Assembly (NCBI GenBank): GCA_905178155.1
Contig: CAJINV010000011.1
Coordinates: 767,982 to 831,981 of the forward strand
From: Amoebophrya sp. A120
Lineage: Eukaryota; Protista; Dinoflagellata
Length of the DNA stretch: 64,000 nucleotides
Reading direction: 5' to 3'
The translations under genes and the position numbers were made by a program. The notes under the pieces were generated by a model. It was not told the DNA's origin. It saw only the letters and a list, made by a program, of their open reading frames with translations, and did not search any database. This document shows positions 37,084-47,669 of this stretch, one piece after another (the stretch's first letter is position 1; every line of letters begins with the position of its first letter).

Positions 37084-37840
37084 TATTCTTTTTAGTTTTC
37101 GAAATTGAAGAAAAAAGAAGATTTCGTGTAAGGGAGATCAATATACAAAAATTCTCGTCATGCTCGTGAGTACAATAGTTTGTTAGCACTTCTGGCCTAC
37201 AACTTACTAAAGCAGTCTCTACAACTAGCCCGCTCGTATCGAATTTTGGTGGCACCACCTAGTGCGTCGTGGGACATCAACGAGCAATTACATCGTAATC
37301 GTGGTCTTTCGTCGCCGTATAAAAATCCCTAGTTGCTGCTCTCGTCGCCGTAGCCCTAGTTGTAGATCGATTTTAGTTCCAGAAGTACTAGCTGCTGGTG
37401 CTATATAATTCGTCGTCGTTGTATCTGGATTTCGTCGCTCAAAGAGAAAAAACATCGTCTTGATCTACAAGTTGCAGCAACTTCTTGTCGCTTCAAAACA
37501 ATTTTTACCACTTCATCACCAGACCACTTTTTTTTTTCGCTGGGAAGAATTCATTATAAGGGCGCAGAACAATTTGAATTTCAATAATTTGATGTTGGCC
37601 GACGTCCTTCAAGGAAAAAAAACTACAATATTTTTGCATCTTCTTTCATCTCAATTATAAATACTTCTTGAGCAGAAGCAAGAAGATCTTCAATGTGACA
37701 GACACACAAGCTGCAAGAAAGTAACAGCGAAAAATTACGTTACGTATACGTACCTTCAACGAATCGAAAAAAAGTTTGCACAGTAATTGAAAAAGGTGTG
37801 AGCAAACCTACGATAAAAATTGTCGCAAAAATACAAAACC

Positions 37841-40800
37841 ATGGCGAAGTTTCGTAGAAAGCAGAAGCAGCGGTGGCCGCTCAGGCTCGCCTGCGCGACC
37901 GTGGCCTCCACGTCTGCGGCCCAGTGGCACAAGCGGGGAGGGCTACCGGGGGCTGCGCGCAGGCTTGATCGGGAAGTAGTAGATTTGACAGCGGGAGCGG
38001 TGCGCCGGCGGAGCGGGTGGAGTACTACTAGCACGAGAAGCGGAGCAACCACTTCGCCCCTGCGCGAAGAGCCGCCGTTCAGCACCAGCACCGTGACTAT
38101 GCAGTTCGAAAGTATCGTACTAGTAGTAGAAATCTTCGCATGACAAATTCCCTCAGCATTTTTACAAGGAGAATTTATGAATGCGGACTCGGACTCGCCT
38201 AAAGAAATACAAATAAGAGACTTGTAAAAATGCATGACTGCGATAAGTACGAAACGAGTACGATAGTTTTGCACAGGATAGTGACGTATCAAATGTAAAA
38301 AAGTCTGGGTCTGGAAAATTGGAACTTGTAATGCTAGCTTTACATTCCTGGCAAATCTGTATTGCATAACGGACAAAAGCCGTGCCCATTTTTGTCATGC
38401 AAAAACGCGGTTTCTCATGCGGGCTGCCTATGAGAAAGTGCTCCGGAAATTTGTCATGCTGGTCTGCATTCGGAAGTGTTTCCATCATGCACATTTTAGC
38501 GTCACAAGTTTCCAGACCCAGACACTTTTACATTTGATATGACGTCGTTTAACACCCCACCCGACGTGGTGGATGTGGGGCCCGTATCTAATGCAAATGT
38601 GTCGTCCCGGTGGTCGGGAATCGCAAACTTGTGATGCTGGTCGAGAAAGACGAGTACGCCGCAAAGGACTCGCAAGCATGACACGTTTTGGAGGTGCTAC
38701 AGTGTTGTTCGTTGTCTATTCTGCATGACGAAGGGAGCAGCTCCTGCATGGCAGAAAATTGGGCGGGCAATTGGGTATACTAACGTGCATGACAGACTTG
38801 AGAGTCATGATAGCCAAGCATGACAAACACTGCATCTACTTTATTCCAGACTTCCCAGACAACTATTTGCAATGGATAGGCCGCGGCCAGCAGTTTATCA
38901 AATGTAAAAATGTCTGGGTCTGGAAGAGTCATGGATGCTGTTTCTGCATGACACGGAAGGTCTGGCATGGAAGCTCTAGCATCGCAGGTTTCGAGAAGCT
39001 TCCGCAATGCCGAACCCGCATATCAAATCCCCCATTTTGGTGACAGAAAGTGGGCAGCTTTTGCTACGCATGCATGAGAAGTTTCTGTGTGTTCTGAAAT
39101 GCGCATCACAGGTTACATCCTTCCAGACCCAGACATTTTTGCACTTGATACAGTTACGTCACGGTTGCGGAAAACTCGGAAGTTTTAGAAGATGGCTTAT
39201 GACTTGCTCAAATCGGTTACCATCTCAAACCTTACAATAGAATCTGGCATTTGTGTTGCATGATGAGCATGACAGGCCCGCACAGCGTTCCACCTTTTGC
39301 AATACAAATTTCGCCAGATTTTTGTCGTTGGGTTTTTTAGGGCTCCGGAGCTTGTCATGGGCAATCACCTTTGACACTTGGCTAGATCATACAATCTTGC
39401 ATCACGGAATTCAATATTCTATTGTAACGCTTGAGATTGTAACACCTGAGCGGGTTATATGGCTTCATCCCGATTTCCACCGGTTTCAGCGCATTCTCCT
39501 CGTCGTCGTCCACCTCAACATTCCGCGAAAATCGCCGCGGAGATGGTAAAGGAGTACTACCGGAGCTCGAAGGGGAACCAAGAGCAGAATCACCATTCTC
39601 CTTCACGCCTGCCCCTCTGTCTCTGCTCCAGCGCATGCAACAGCGGATGCAGCTCCGGCTGAGGGCGGACAAACTGAAAAAGGCAAAAAAAATGGTGAGC
39701 CCACCAGAGGCGGAATATCTGCCCACCTACAACGAAATTACGAACCTGTCGCTGGACGTCCATATCAAAGGGGAAAGGAATGTTGCCCGCTACTCACTAC
39801 TTGTACTTGTACACGACCAGCATCGGCGAAAATTTGAATTTCGTTTGTCATAAAGATGAATCATTAGAAAAAGACAAGGACACGTCACGAAGTCAATGCT
39901 ACTTGGCAATCAATTGCTTATGTGTGAGCAGGAACGAAGATGCTGCTGTTGGTAGTTGGCAGACTTTCTACTTTCATAGTGCAAGTCCGAGATTTGGTGG
40001 GCGTTGTGGACCGCCTCAAAGGTAAGTACGCAAAAACAATCTACGATGGAAGATCATGCCCCATGTATCAAATATCGTAGAAGTCGAGATGTGGATCTCT
40101 ATCTCAGCATCAACCAATTTAATATCGAATTCTCAAATTCTGTGCGCATAAGTACCTTTCTTGGCCGGCTAGCACTAGGTTTACTAAATGGCAGATAGGA
40201 CTGATGTATAAAGATGACTTTGAACCAGAACCTATACACTTACACAGATGACGGAACAAATTACGACGGGCCCAATTCCTGCATCAAGCACAACTGCAAT
40301 GTGAGACTTGACAACCGCGACATAACATACCGGTTGGACGTGGATAAGAAGTGCGGTGGAGACAACCCCTCCTGCGACGACGTTTGCTTATCCCATGAAA
40401 AAAGCGTTTCACTGTGATGATTTTGTTGGATCAGCATCACAAGTTTGCTACACATGATACAGAAAATTCGCCATGCGCGGCGCTCCTTTCCAAGCGAATA
40501 AAACACGCTGAGAAATCCATTGTCTTGCTGCAGGTGCAGCAAGACAAACTCGTTTAGATATGTGTTGTTTCATTCATCACATCTCTGCATCACAGGTTCA
40601 CAGTGAAACAGTTTCTTCCTGGGATATCGCTGCCCGTATGTGTACTGCATGGTGGATTTGACGGACGCGTCGATTGACCACATGTACAGTGGCATGTCAA
40701 AACATTTGAAGGTGAAGCGCGACGACGGTTATGCATTGCAAATACGTCGCTCGGGTCTGGAAACAAGGTTGAACCTGTATTGCTTGTCCAGCATTTTTCC

Positions 40801-43780
40801 TGAAAAATCTGTATTGCATAAAAGCAGCGATAAAACCGCCGCAAGTTCGTCATGACGAGTCGCACTTTGTAATGCGCACTAAGCACCATCAGAAAGCTTT
40901 TGAAATATAAGGTTGTCATGCTACACTGCGCTCAAAGGCGCACTCAGTCATGACCATTATAGCATAATTACAGGTTTCCAGACCGAGACATATTTGCACT
41001 CGATAGCGGTAGTAGCGCCGACACCGGGCCGGCGTTCCAGACCATCCAGTTTACCTACTATCCTATGCAAAAGTATCGTACTCGTATTGCAATGACGCAT
41101 CTTTTTCCTAAGGTAAATCAGCATTACAGTTTTGATTTCTCATGCTGAGAAATGCATTTATACGAGTGCGATACTTTTGCAATTCATACCTACTGCAAAG
41201 CTAAAAAAACTGTGACAAAGGTAAGTAACTACTACACTTGTTTCTGTTTTCTTACCTCGTAGTGGACGATCATCTGGATCTTTGCAACACGCAAGCGATA
41301 TTTTCGACTTGCGTCTACTGTAGAAGTACTGACGCACTCTTTCCATTTTTCGTCCAGCCGCAGAAGCGAATCTTTTCTCATACCGCAGTGGCGAATAAAC
41401 ATTGGGGTCCAAATACAAAACGATGGCACTACATTTAGCAATAGACAGAGATCATCAAAAATAAATACTGGCCATTTAAATTTATTTTATCTTCAGATTG
41501 CCGTGCCTACCTGGTACGATGGCAGCAAGGAAATTGCGCCCAACAAGTTTCTGCAAGAGCGGGTGCGGGCGAACGAGTGCTTGGGGCGGACCGGGTTTTT
41601 TCACTGGCCAGCATTGGAAACGTATCCACGAAAAAAATTGTCGCAGGAGTTTCCTTACAAATTTGTTCGAATTTTTTCACCCGCAAGACAACGTTGCTCT
41701 GCATGACCAAGAAAACTTGTAATGAGCAGGAGATTATAAGGAAAAAACGAAAAGGAAAAGAAACACGCACCACAAAATGAGGCTGACAACGTGCAATTCC
41801 GGCATGACAGCTGTTGTCTGTCTTGCTTGCCTTGCCGCACGGTGTGCAGCTCCTGTTTCACTTTTTTCTGTGCATAAAACGCCGGAAGCCAAAAATTACG
41901 TCCGAGAAAAAGTGTACAAGAACGACGAATATGCATTGCAAATATATGTCTGGGTCTGAAAGGTTGGAACTTGTAATGCTGGTCTTGCAATACTGTGAAG
42001 TGAAATCTGTATTGCATGACCTAGAAGCGCCGCAGTGTCTTCTGTCACACAAAAACGAGGAGGTTTCTCATGCAGACCGAGTAGGAAAAAGAAAAGCAAA
42101 AAAGAAAAACCGTTGGGCAAATTTGTCATGCACAGTTCAGCATCACATTTATCTTCATGACCTTCCAGACCCAGACATCACATGTTTGCATTTGATAGCC
42201 AACGAGTTCCCCTGGCCCGAGGGTACCCACTGAGCAAGCTCCTCCTCAAAGTGGACAATGCGCCCGATACCAGCGATAAGCTCAACGGCGGCGAGGACGT
42301 CAAGGAAGGCGACGAAGTGATGATGCGCGGGCAGTTATACTGAGCAAAAACCTCCCCACCCCGGAGTCAAAATGCGAATTGTGCAATACAAATCCAGACG
42401 TTTTGGAAGGCACACATGACAAGTTGCAGGAGTCCGTAGGGCGGTAGTGGAGGTTATTAATAGATGAAGCATGGACAGTTGCATGACAAATCCACCTGCT
42501 CATCCTGTTTACAGCATCACAAATTCCAAAACACGACTGAAAATGCCGCCCATGGGCTTTTGCGCGTCACAGATGCTCCTGTCATTGCAATTCTGCATGA
42601 AAGCTCTAGGGTGGGGACGTTTTCACGCAGGATAGCAGTACAAGTATACTTCGGTTGGCGTTGCGTGGGACAACCCCCTGGATTCGATCCAGGAAATCGG
42701 CGGCAAATATCAATTGCAAAAATATGTCTGGGTCTGCAAAAGCTGTTGAACCTGTATTCGTGTGTCTTGCATTCCTGACTAAAAATCTGTATTGCATACG
42801 CAGCAAAAGCGGCATAGGTACTTTCGTCATGCAAAAAAGTTGCAGTTTGTTATGCGTGCTGCGCATGAGAAAGCGAGTGAAAAACTTGTCATGCTTCACT
42901 GCACCTAAAGGCGCACTCAATCATGAGCATTCAGCATTACAAGTTTCCAGATTTCCAGACATATCTGCAGTCCATACACGCACGGACACCCCCAAGGCGT
43001 ACACCAAAGGTGAAGGTGCGGATAGCAAATTGCCGCTCCGTCTCATCTATGGATTGCAAAAGTATCGTACTCGTACGTGACAAATTTCCTTAGCATGAGA
43101 AATGAAATTTGTAAATGCAGATTGACCTTAAGAAAAAGATTTCTAATGCATAATTGCGATTACCACGAGTGCGATACTTTTGCAGTGCATATCATCATCT
43201 CCGATTCCCGGGCGCGGGACTACCCCCGCCTGGATCTATCCCCTGCAAATATGTCTGGGTCTGGAAATTTGTCATGCAAGTCAGTGAAGACTTAAACTTC
43301 CTACGGACATGAGAAACTGCGTTTTTGCATGTCATGCAAGTGGAGCTGCTCCGATGGGGATGGCCGCCCTACGCAGCACAGAGCCCAGAGTCGTGGCAGA
43401 CAAGCATCACAAATCTCGCACTCTTCCAGCCCCAGACATATTTGCAGTTGATACGATCTGAACTACATCGATGTGGCCCCGACCTGGCATCTTCCCTACG
43501 TTCGATCGGTATATTCTTTCAATTTGCTCCCTGCTCTTTATTTGAAAATGTAGTTAGGAATGACAATGAACGTACAGGAGGTCATGGCTTTCTATGTTCA
43601 GGCTTATCCACCTTCAGAAAAATAATCGATACACCCCAGGCTGCTTCGGTGGGTGGGTCGCAGGGAAACGAACACTTCGTGCCCTTGGAGGACTGCTGTC
43701 AGTACGTAATTCAGATGATGCGCGACGAAAATTACCTCACCGTCGACGGTCGAGTCTCCAACACCGAAATGTATAAATAG
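37841..43780 (+). CDS. Cys-rich protein, paralogous to the C-terminal part of the 16705-35371 protein; interrupted by 14 TIR elements and several conventional introns (exon structure 39770-40250 unresolved)
   Basis: Frames join after element removal. Canonical intron 41221-41496 and a probable one at 43509-43639. Motifs SCDDVCCPYVYCM and NEHFVPLEDCCQYVIQMM resemble the giant protein. Confidence 0.72.
38098..38280. mobile_element. Introner-like TIR element, family B
   Basis: TATGCAGTTCGAAAGTATCGTAC...GTACGATAGTTTTGCACAGGATA; TSD GTGAC. Confidence 0.9.
38287..38539. mobile_element. Introner-like TIR element, family A
   Basis: TATCAAATGTAAAAAAGTCTGGGTCTGG...CCAGACCCAGACACTTTTACATTTGATA; TSD TGACG. 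Confidence 0.92.
38585..38878. mobile_element. Introner-like TIR element, family A (degenerate)
   Basis: TATCTAATGCAAATGTGTC...GACAACTATTTGCAATGGATA; TSD GCCCG/GGCCG. Confidence 0.8.
38896..39150. mobile_element. Introner-like TIR element, family A
   Basis: Family A TIRs; TSD CAGTT. Confidence 0.92.
39198..39459. mobile_element. Introner-like TIR element, family F
   Basis: TATGACTTGCTCAAATCGGTTACCATCTCAA...TTGAGATTGTAACACCTGAGCGGGTTATA; TSD TGGCT; homologous to 27380 copy. Confidence 0.92.
40389..40626. mobile_element. Introner-like TIR element, family E-like
   Basis: TATCCCATGAAAAAAGCGTTTCACTGTGA...TCACAGTGAAACAGTTTCTTCCTGGGATA; TSD TTGCT/TCGCT. Confidence 0.88.
40730..41005. mobile_element. 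Introner-like TIR element, family A
   Basis: TATGCATTGCAAATACGTC...GACATATTTGCACTCGATA; TSD ACGGT/GCGGT. Confidence 0.88.
41059..41188. mobile_element. Introner-like TIR element, family B
   Basis: TATCCTATGCAAAAGTATCGTACTCGTA...TACGAGTGCGATACTTTTGCAATTCATA; TSD CCTAC. Confidence 0.92.
41623..41876. mobile_element. Introner-like TIR element, family E-like (degenerate)
   Basis: TATCCACGAAAAAAATTG...CACTTTTTTCTGTGCATA; TSD AAACG. Confidence 0.82.
41930..42197. mobile_element. Introner-like TIR element, family A
   Basis: Family A TIRs; diverged TSD ACGAA/GCCAA. Confidence 0.85.
42336..42634. mobile_element. Introner-like TIR element, family D
   Basis: TATACTGAGCAAAAACCTCCCCACCC...GGGTGGGGACGTTTTCACGCAGGATA; TSD GCAGT. 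Confidence 0.9.
42708..42976. mobile_element. Introner-like TIR element, family A, TSD no longer recognisable
   Basis: TATCAATTGCAAAAATATGTCTGG...CCAGACATATCTGCAGTCCATA; removing the element plus 5 nt still keeps frame. Confidence 0.8.
43048..43191. mobile_element. Introner-like TIR element, family B
   Basis: TATGGATTGCAAAAGTATCGTACTCGT...ACGAGTGCGATACTTTTGCAGTGCATA; TSD TCATC. Confidence 0.92.
43237..43453. mobile_element. Introner-like TIR element, family A
   Basis: TATCCCCTGCAAATATGTCTGGG...CCCAGACATATTTGCAGTTGATA; TSD GGATC/CGATC. Confidence 0.9.
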
Positions 43781-45815
43781 CGCCGTGCTTGTTCTGCTTG
43801 TTCTTGTTGCTAATTCGAGAACTGGACTCTTCATTTGTGTAGTCGTGCATGGCATATTAATGGCCAATGCCGGAAAAGTGTAAATAAATCACGTTTTCCT
43901 TTCTAATTCTCCCCTGCGACCACGTACTAGGCGTTTCTTGGAACCTGGTTCAACATCATCGACAATTGATTCAAAAGCCATTCTATATTATCCACAGGCT
44001 CGCCGTGACCAACTGCGTGGTGTTTGCCTACTCCATGCATGACCATTTTTATGCCATGAAAAGAATCGAGAAATAAAGCGGAAGACAACTCAATTGAAAC
44101 TGGTGTCCTGCACGTCGTGTCCTCTGGTATGGGCGGTACTTCTACGCTCTGATTTGTAGTTAAGCTTTTCATGAATGATGATGAACACATGCGGTGATCT
44201 CGTCGTCGTGACACCTTCAACCAGGTATTCTTGAAGCTTTCTGCCACATCAAAATAAGATAAAGCAAACATAGAAGACAGGGTCTCGTCCCTTCCGCTTT
44301 TTTGTTTCTGCATACCCGAGAAGGCAAACCGAACACCAGGGAGAACTCCGGGTCCTCTGGCGGTTCGGGAGGAGGTGGAGCGCAGGGAACCGCAACCGGG
44401 TCGCAGTAAAACGATGAGAAAGAAAGGAGTCATGTAAGTTGTTGTGGGCTCGTTTAATATCAAACGCGAGCAATTTTCTCAGCTTTTATTAAGTTTTCTT
44501 ATGAGATGTTGACTCCAATTGATTCTCTTTCTCACACATGAGGAGAAAGCGGACTTCTCGAAGAACAAGCATATTATTGTTTTTGCAGAATCGTCGATGT
44601 TGTCATTCCACGCTGGAACGAGGAGCAAAGCGTTATTTTTCGATTTCAACTTTTCAAGTCTTACTCTTAGCAACAAACAACTCAGATTTTCATTTTTTTT
44701 TGTTTTTCACTTTCACAAATCATGCTGTAAATTTTTTGTTTTGCCGATTTTTACAGATAGTACCTAACTTTTGTTTTTAGCTTACATTGTTAACATTTCT
44801 TCAAAACCTTTCCTTTTACTGTAACCAAAAATATTTGATCCTAGATGTTTTGTTTGCGCCGTTTCAGAAAAATGTACAACTACAAATTTTTTCGGTCTGC
44901 CTTTATTACACTTGCAATTTTATGATTGGATATTGGAATAATTCTGTACCTTAAACGTTATCTTGACTGCTATCAGAATCAGATTCAGAATGTTCATGGG
45001 TGATATTGAATATGGAGTATAAAAAGACCATTGCACCAATCATTTCTCTGGCGCCAGTTCTTGCATGAGTCTGTGGTGTGACGTCCGGTGTGAGAAACTT
45101 TTCCTCTGGTGATTACCAAACACAAGAAAAGCTTATCATTTTGGGATTGTGAAATAAACTTTGCACCCCCGGTTTACAGCGCAAGAGGGCAACAAGAGTG
45201 TGATGGTCTTTTTTTACTGAATACAGAATGCCTAAAGCCGCCTACTTACACTGTACACTATGGACAGCCGATGTTTCGCTGTTATGTTTGATTTGTATCT
45301 ACCGCATCTTTTATTTCTAACAAAGAATGCTGCAACAAGCCAATCTCCATCGATGACTCAAACAAACTGTACACTAAAAAAGGAGATCCTGAAAAAAGTT
45401 GGAACCAGGCGACTGCAATAGCACCAGGCTACGGTGGACTGACGCAAAAAGCAGGATTGACGCAAAAAGCAGGGGTTCGCTCGGTTACTTAAGTGCTTTC
45501 TCTCTGAAAACGTTCTAAGCCTGCCGGCGAAGCCGGTAGGTACAGGAATATCACAGACCGAGTGCTAATATGCTAGTGAGTGCCTTCTACGCAGCTGGCA
45601 AAATAAATCCCGCTTGGAGCTCCTGCCAGAGGTAGAAAGCGATTTTCTACAGAACGCATAGTGTATTCTTGTTTGAAAAAATAAAAATCGGACAAGGTCG
45701 TCAAGGTTCTTGAAATAAATCGAAACAAGATCTGCACCACAACTTCCGTAAAAGGATGTCCCTCGGATCCGTGTCGCTTTCGGACGACAATCAGCTAAAG
45801 ACGACCACCACGAAT

Positions 45816-47669
45816 ATGGCAGTGCTGGCGAAAAATGAGGAAGAGCAGGAGTGGAAGCCGGCCTACATGCGGGACGACAACTATGTCTCCGAGTTAGACA
45901 TGCGCCCGGTCCCTTCTCTTCGCGACACCCTGACCCAGATTGGGGCCGAGTTTCGGGACCAGCTTTACAACTCTGTATGAGAGTTTGTTGTGAAGAACTT
46001 CTCGTCCCGCCCTTCATTCAAGTAAAAAGTGTATTTTAAGGAGCTGCAACGGAAGCGTCGTGCTACAAATGACGCTTTCGCATGACAAATCACGAGACGG
46101 ATTGCACTAAGCCAGTAGTGCTTGCTTTTGGGATTTGTCCAGCAAAACGTGTCTACTTCCAAGGAGTGCCACCTCCAAGCAAGAAGTGAAAATGACTTTG
46201 GTGTTCTTGTTTTACTTAACACATGAAAAAAGTAGGGAGGGCGAGTTGGTCTACTTGCTTCACTGTGTCATACATAAATTCCACCAATAGAGCTACTGCT
46301 GCAACAAGATCATCTTCTTGGCTCTTCGACTCCTGCGTGAATATCGAAACCGCAACGGCAGGCGAGGGAGCATCTTCAACGTCAGGCGGAGCTGGAGTAA
46401 TAAATGGACGAGAAATAAATAACGAGCAACCCTTTGAGCCGCTTTTCGACTCGGAGCAGTTGTTTCTGGGCGCGTTCGAGTTCCGGCGGGCTTCCTTTGC
46501 GGATTTGATGCTCCTGGTAAAAATGCAGTGGGTGGAAGGCTATCAAGTGTAAAAGTGTCTGGGTCTGGAAGATTCTGAGACTTGTCATGCACGTTTTGCA
46601 TGGGCCATGATCATGATGTCTGTGATGCATGCCCTAGCATCACAGACTTGTTGAGGGCTCTGCGATGCCTATTCCGCATGGCAAATGCCCTCTCCCTGTA
46701 GCCAAAATTGCATTCCCTTTGCTGCTTATGCAATACAGATTTTTTTGGAATCCAAATGCAGCATCACAAGTTCGGATTCTTCCAGACCCAGACATTTTTA
46801 CATTTGATAAAGGCCGGGACCCGGCGTTCTTCGGTTCGGCTCCTGCATCCTCCTCGAAGATAACTATTCGCGTTCAGGACCGAAAGCTCCTCCACATGCA
46901 GCACAATGCGATCGCGGCGACCGAGACACTCACCTTTGAAACCGTGACACGGAATTTCTTCGGAAGTGAAAATGACTTGTCCACCTGTAGTCGTGTGGAC
47001 AACAGCAGGAGGAATTATGCCGGTGTACAAGAAGAACATGCGCGGCGCACAGGGGGCAGCACGACGAGCGCTAGTGGTAGTGGTAGTGCCGCTGTTGATC
47101 AAGTCGTACTAAAGAATCATCCTGCCGCCACCACAGAAGGAACGACAGAGGAATTAACAGGTGCAGTGGTTTCGTCAAACCGCGATGTCCTGCTGTGGGA
47201 GGAAACCTGGGAGGTGGACTGGAAGGGCGAAAAGTGTCGGATCGTTCTGGAAAATTTGAATTTCCTCTACGCTTTCCGCGTGCGCATCGAGTTGGAGCTC
47301 TTGGGAAGAACTACGCAGAGCACGATGACGCAGCTTCGGGTGAACACCGTGCAGTATTTGATCACAAAAGACATCGGCGCCCAGATTTTTTCAAAGGAGC
47401 TATTGGAAGAGAAATTGGCGGAGGAAGCGAAGAACTGGGCGAAATTTTTCCACGACCAGGTCGAGATGAAGGGTAAGAACAGTGGCGGCCAGCACATGAT
47501 GAGCAGTGTTGGGGACAGCAACAAGGCCAAGGACCCGCGCGGCGGCGGCCCTGGTGTCGTAGCTGCGAATTATGGAGCAGGAGGTAGTAGTAGTGCAACA
47601 GGTGGTAAGAAGAAGCAGCAAAAAATTGATACAGCCATGCTGATGTCCATGGCTGATGATTTGGGATAG
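45816..47669 (+). CDS. Hypothetical protein; exons ~45816-45975, ~46278-46540, 46815-47669
   Basis: GC3-rich coding-like frames join after removing two TIR elements. No family recognised. Confidence 0.65.
45976..46272. mobile_element. Degenerate introner-like element, family C
   Basis: TATGAGAGTTTGTTGTGAAG...CTTCACTGTGTCATA; TSD eroded; removing the element plus 5 nt keeps frame. Confidence 0.6.
46541..46809. mobile_element. Introner-like TIR element, family A
   Basis: TATCAAGTGTAAAAGTGTCTGGGTCTGG...CCAGACCCAGACATTTTTACATTTGATA; TSD AAGGC. Confidence 0.92.

Noticed and set aside
40199-40216. In-frame TGA before a Cys codon (possible selenocysteine or readthrough)
   Set aside because: More simply intronic. 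An acceptor at ~40248 (TACACAG) can join the upstream GTAAGT donor in frame.
17225-43453. Repeat-spacer-like alternation resembling a CRISPR array
   Set aside because: The repeats are inverted pairs of several families with TSDs, the 'spacers' are in-frame exons of very variable length, the context is eukaryotic, and there are no cas genes.
43927-44463. 178-aa minus-strand ORF
   Set aside because: No recognisable motif, AT-richer than real exons and opposite to all host genes, so it could not be supported.
3835-46809. Many listed ORFs share peptides such as ANMSGSG, PDPDIFA, FQTQTYLQL and CKSIV, which suggests a protein repeat family
   Set aside because: They are translations of family A/B TIRs in various frames, not proteins.
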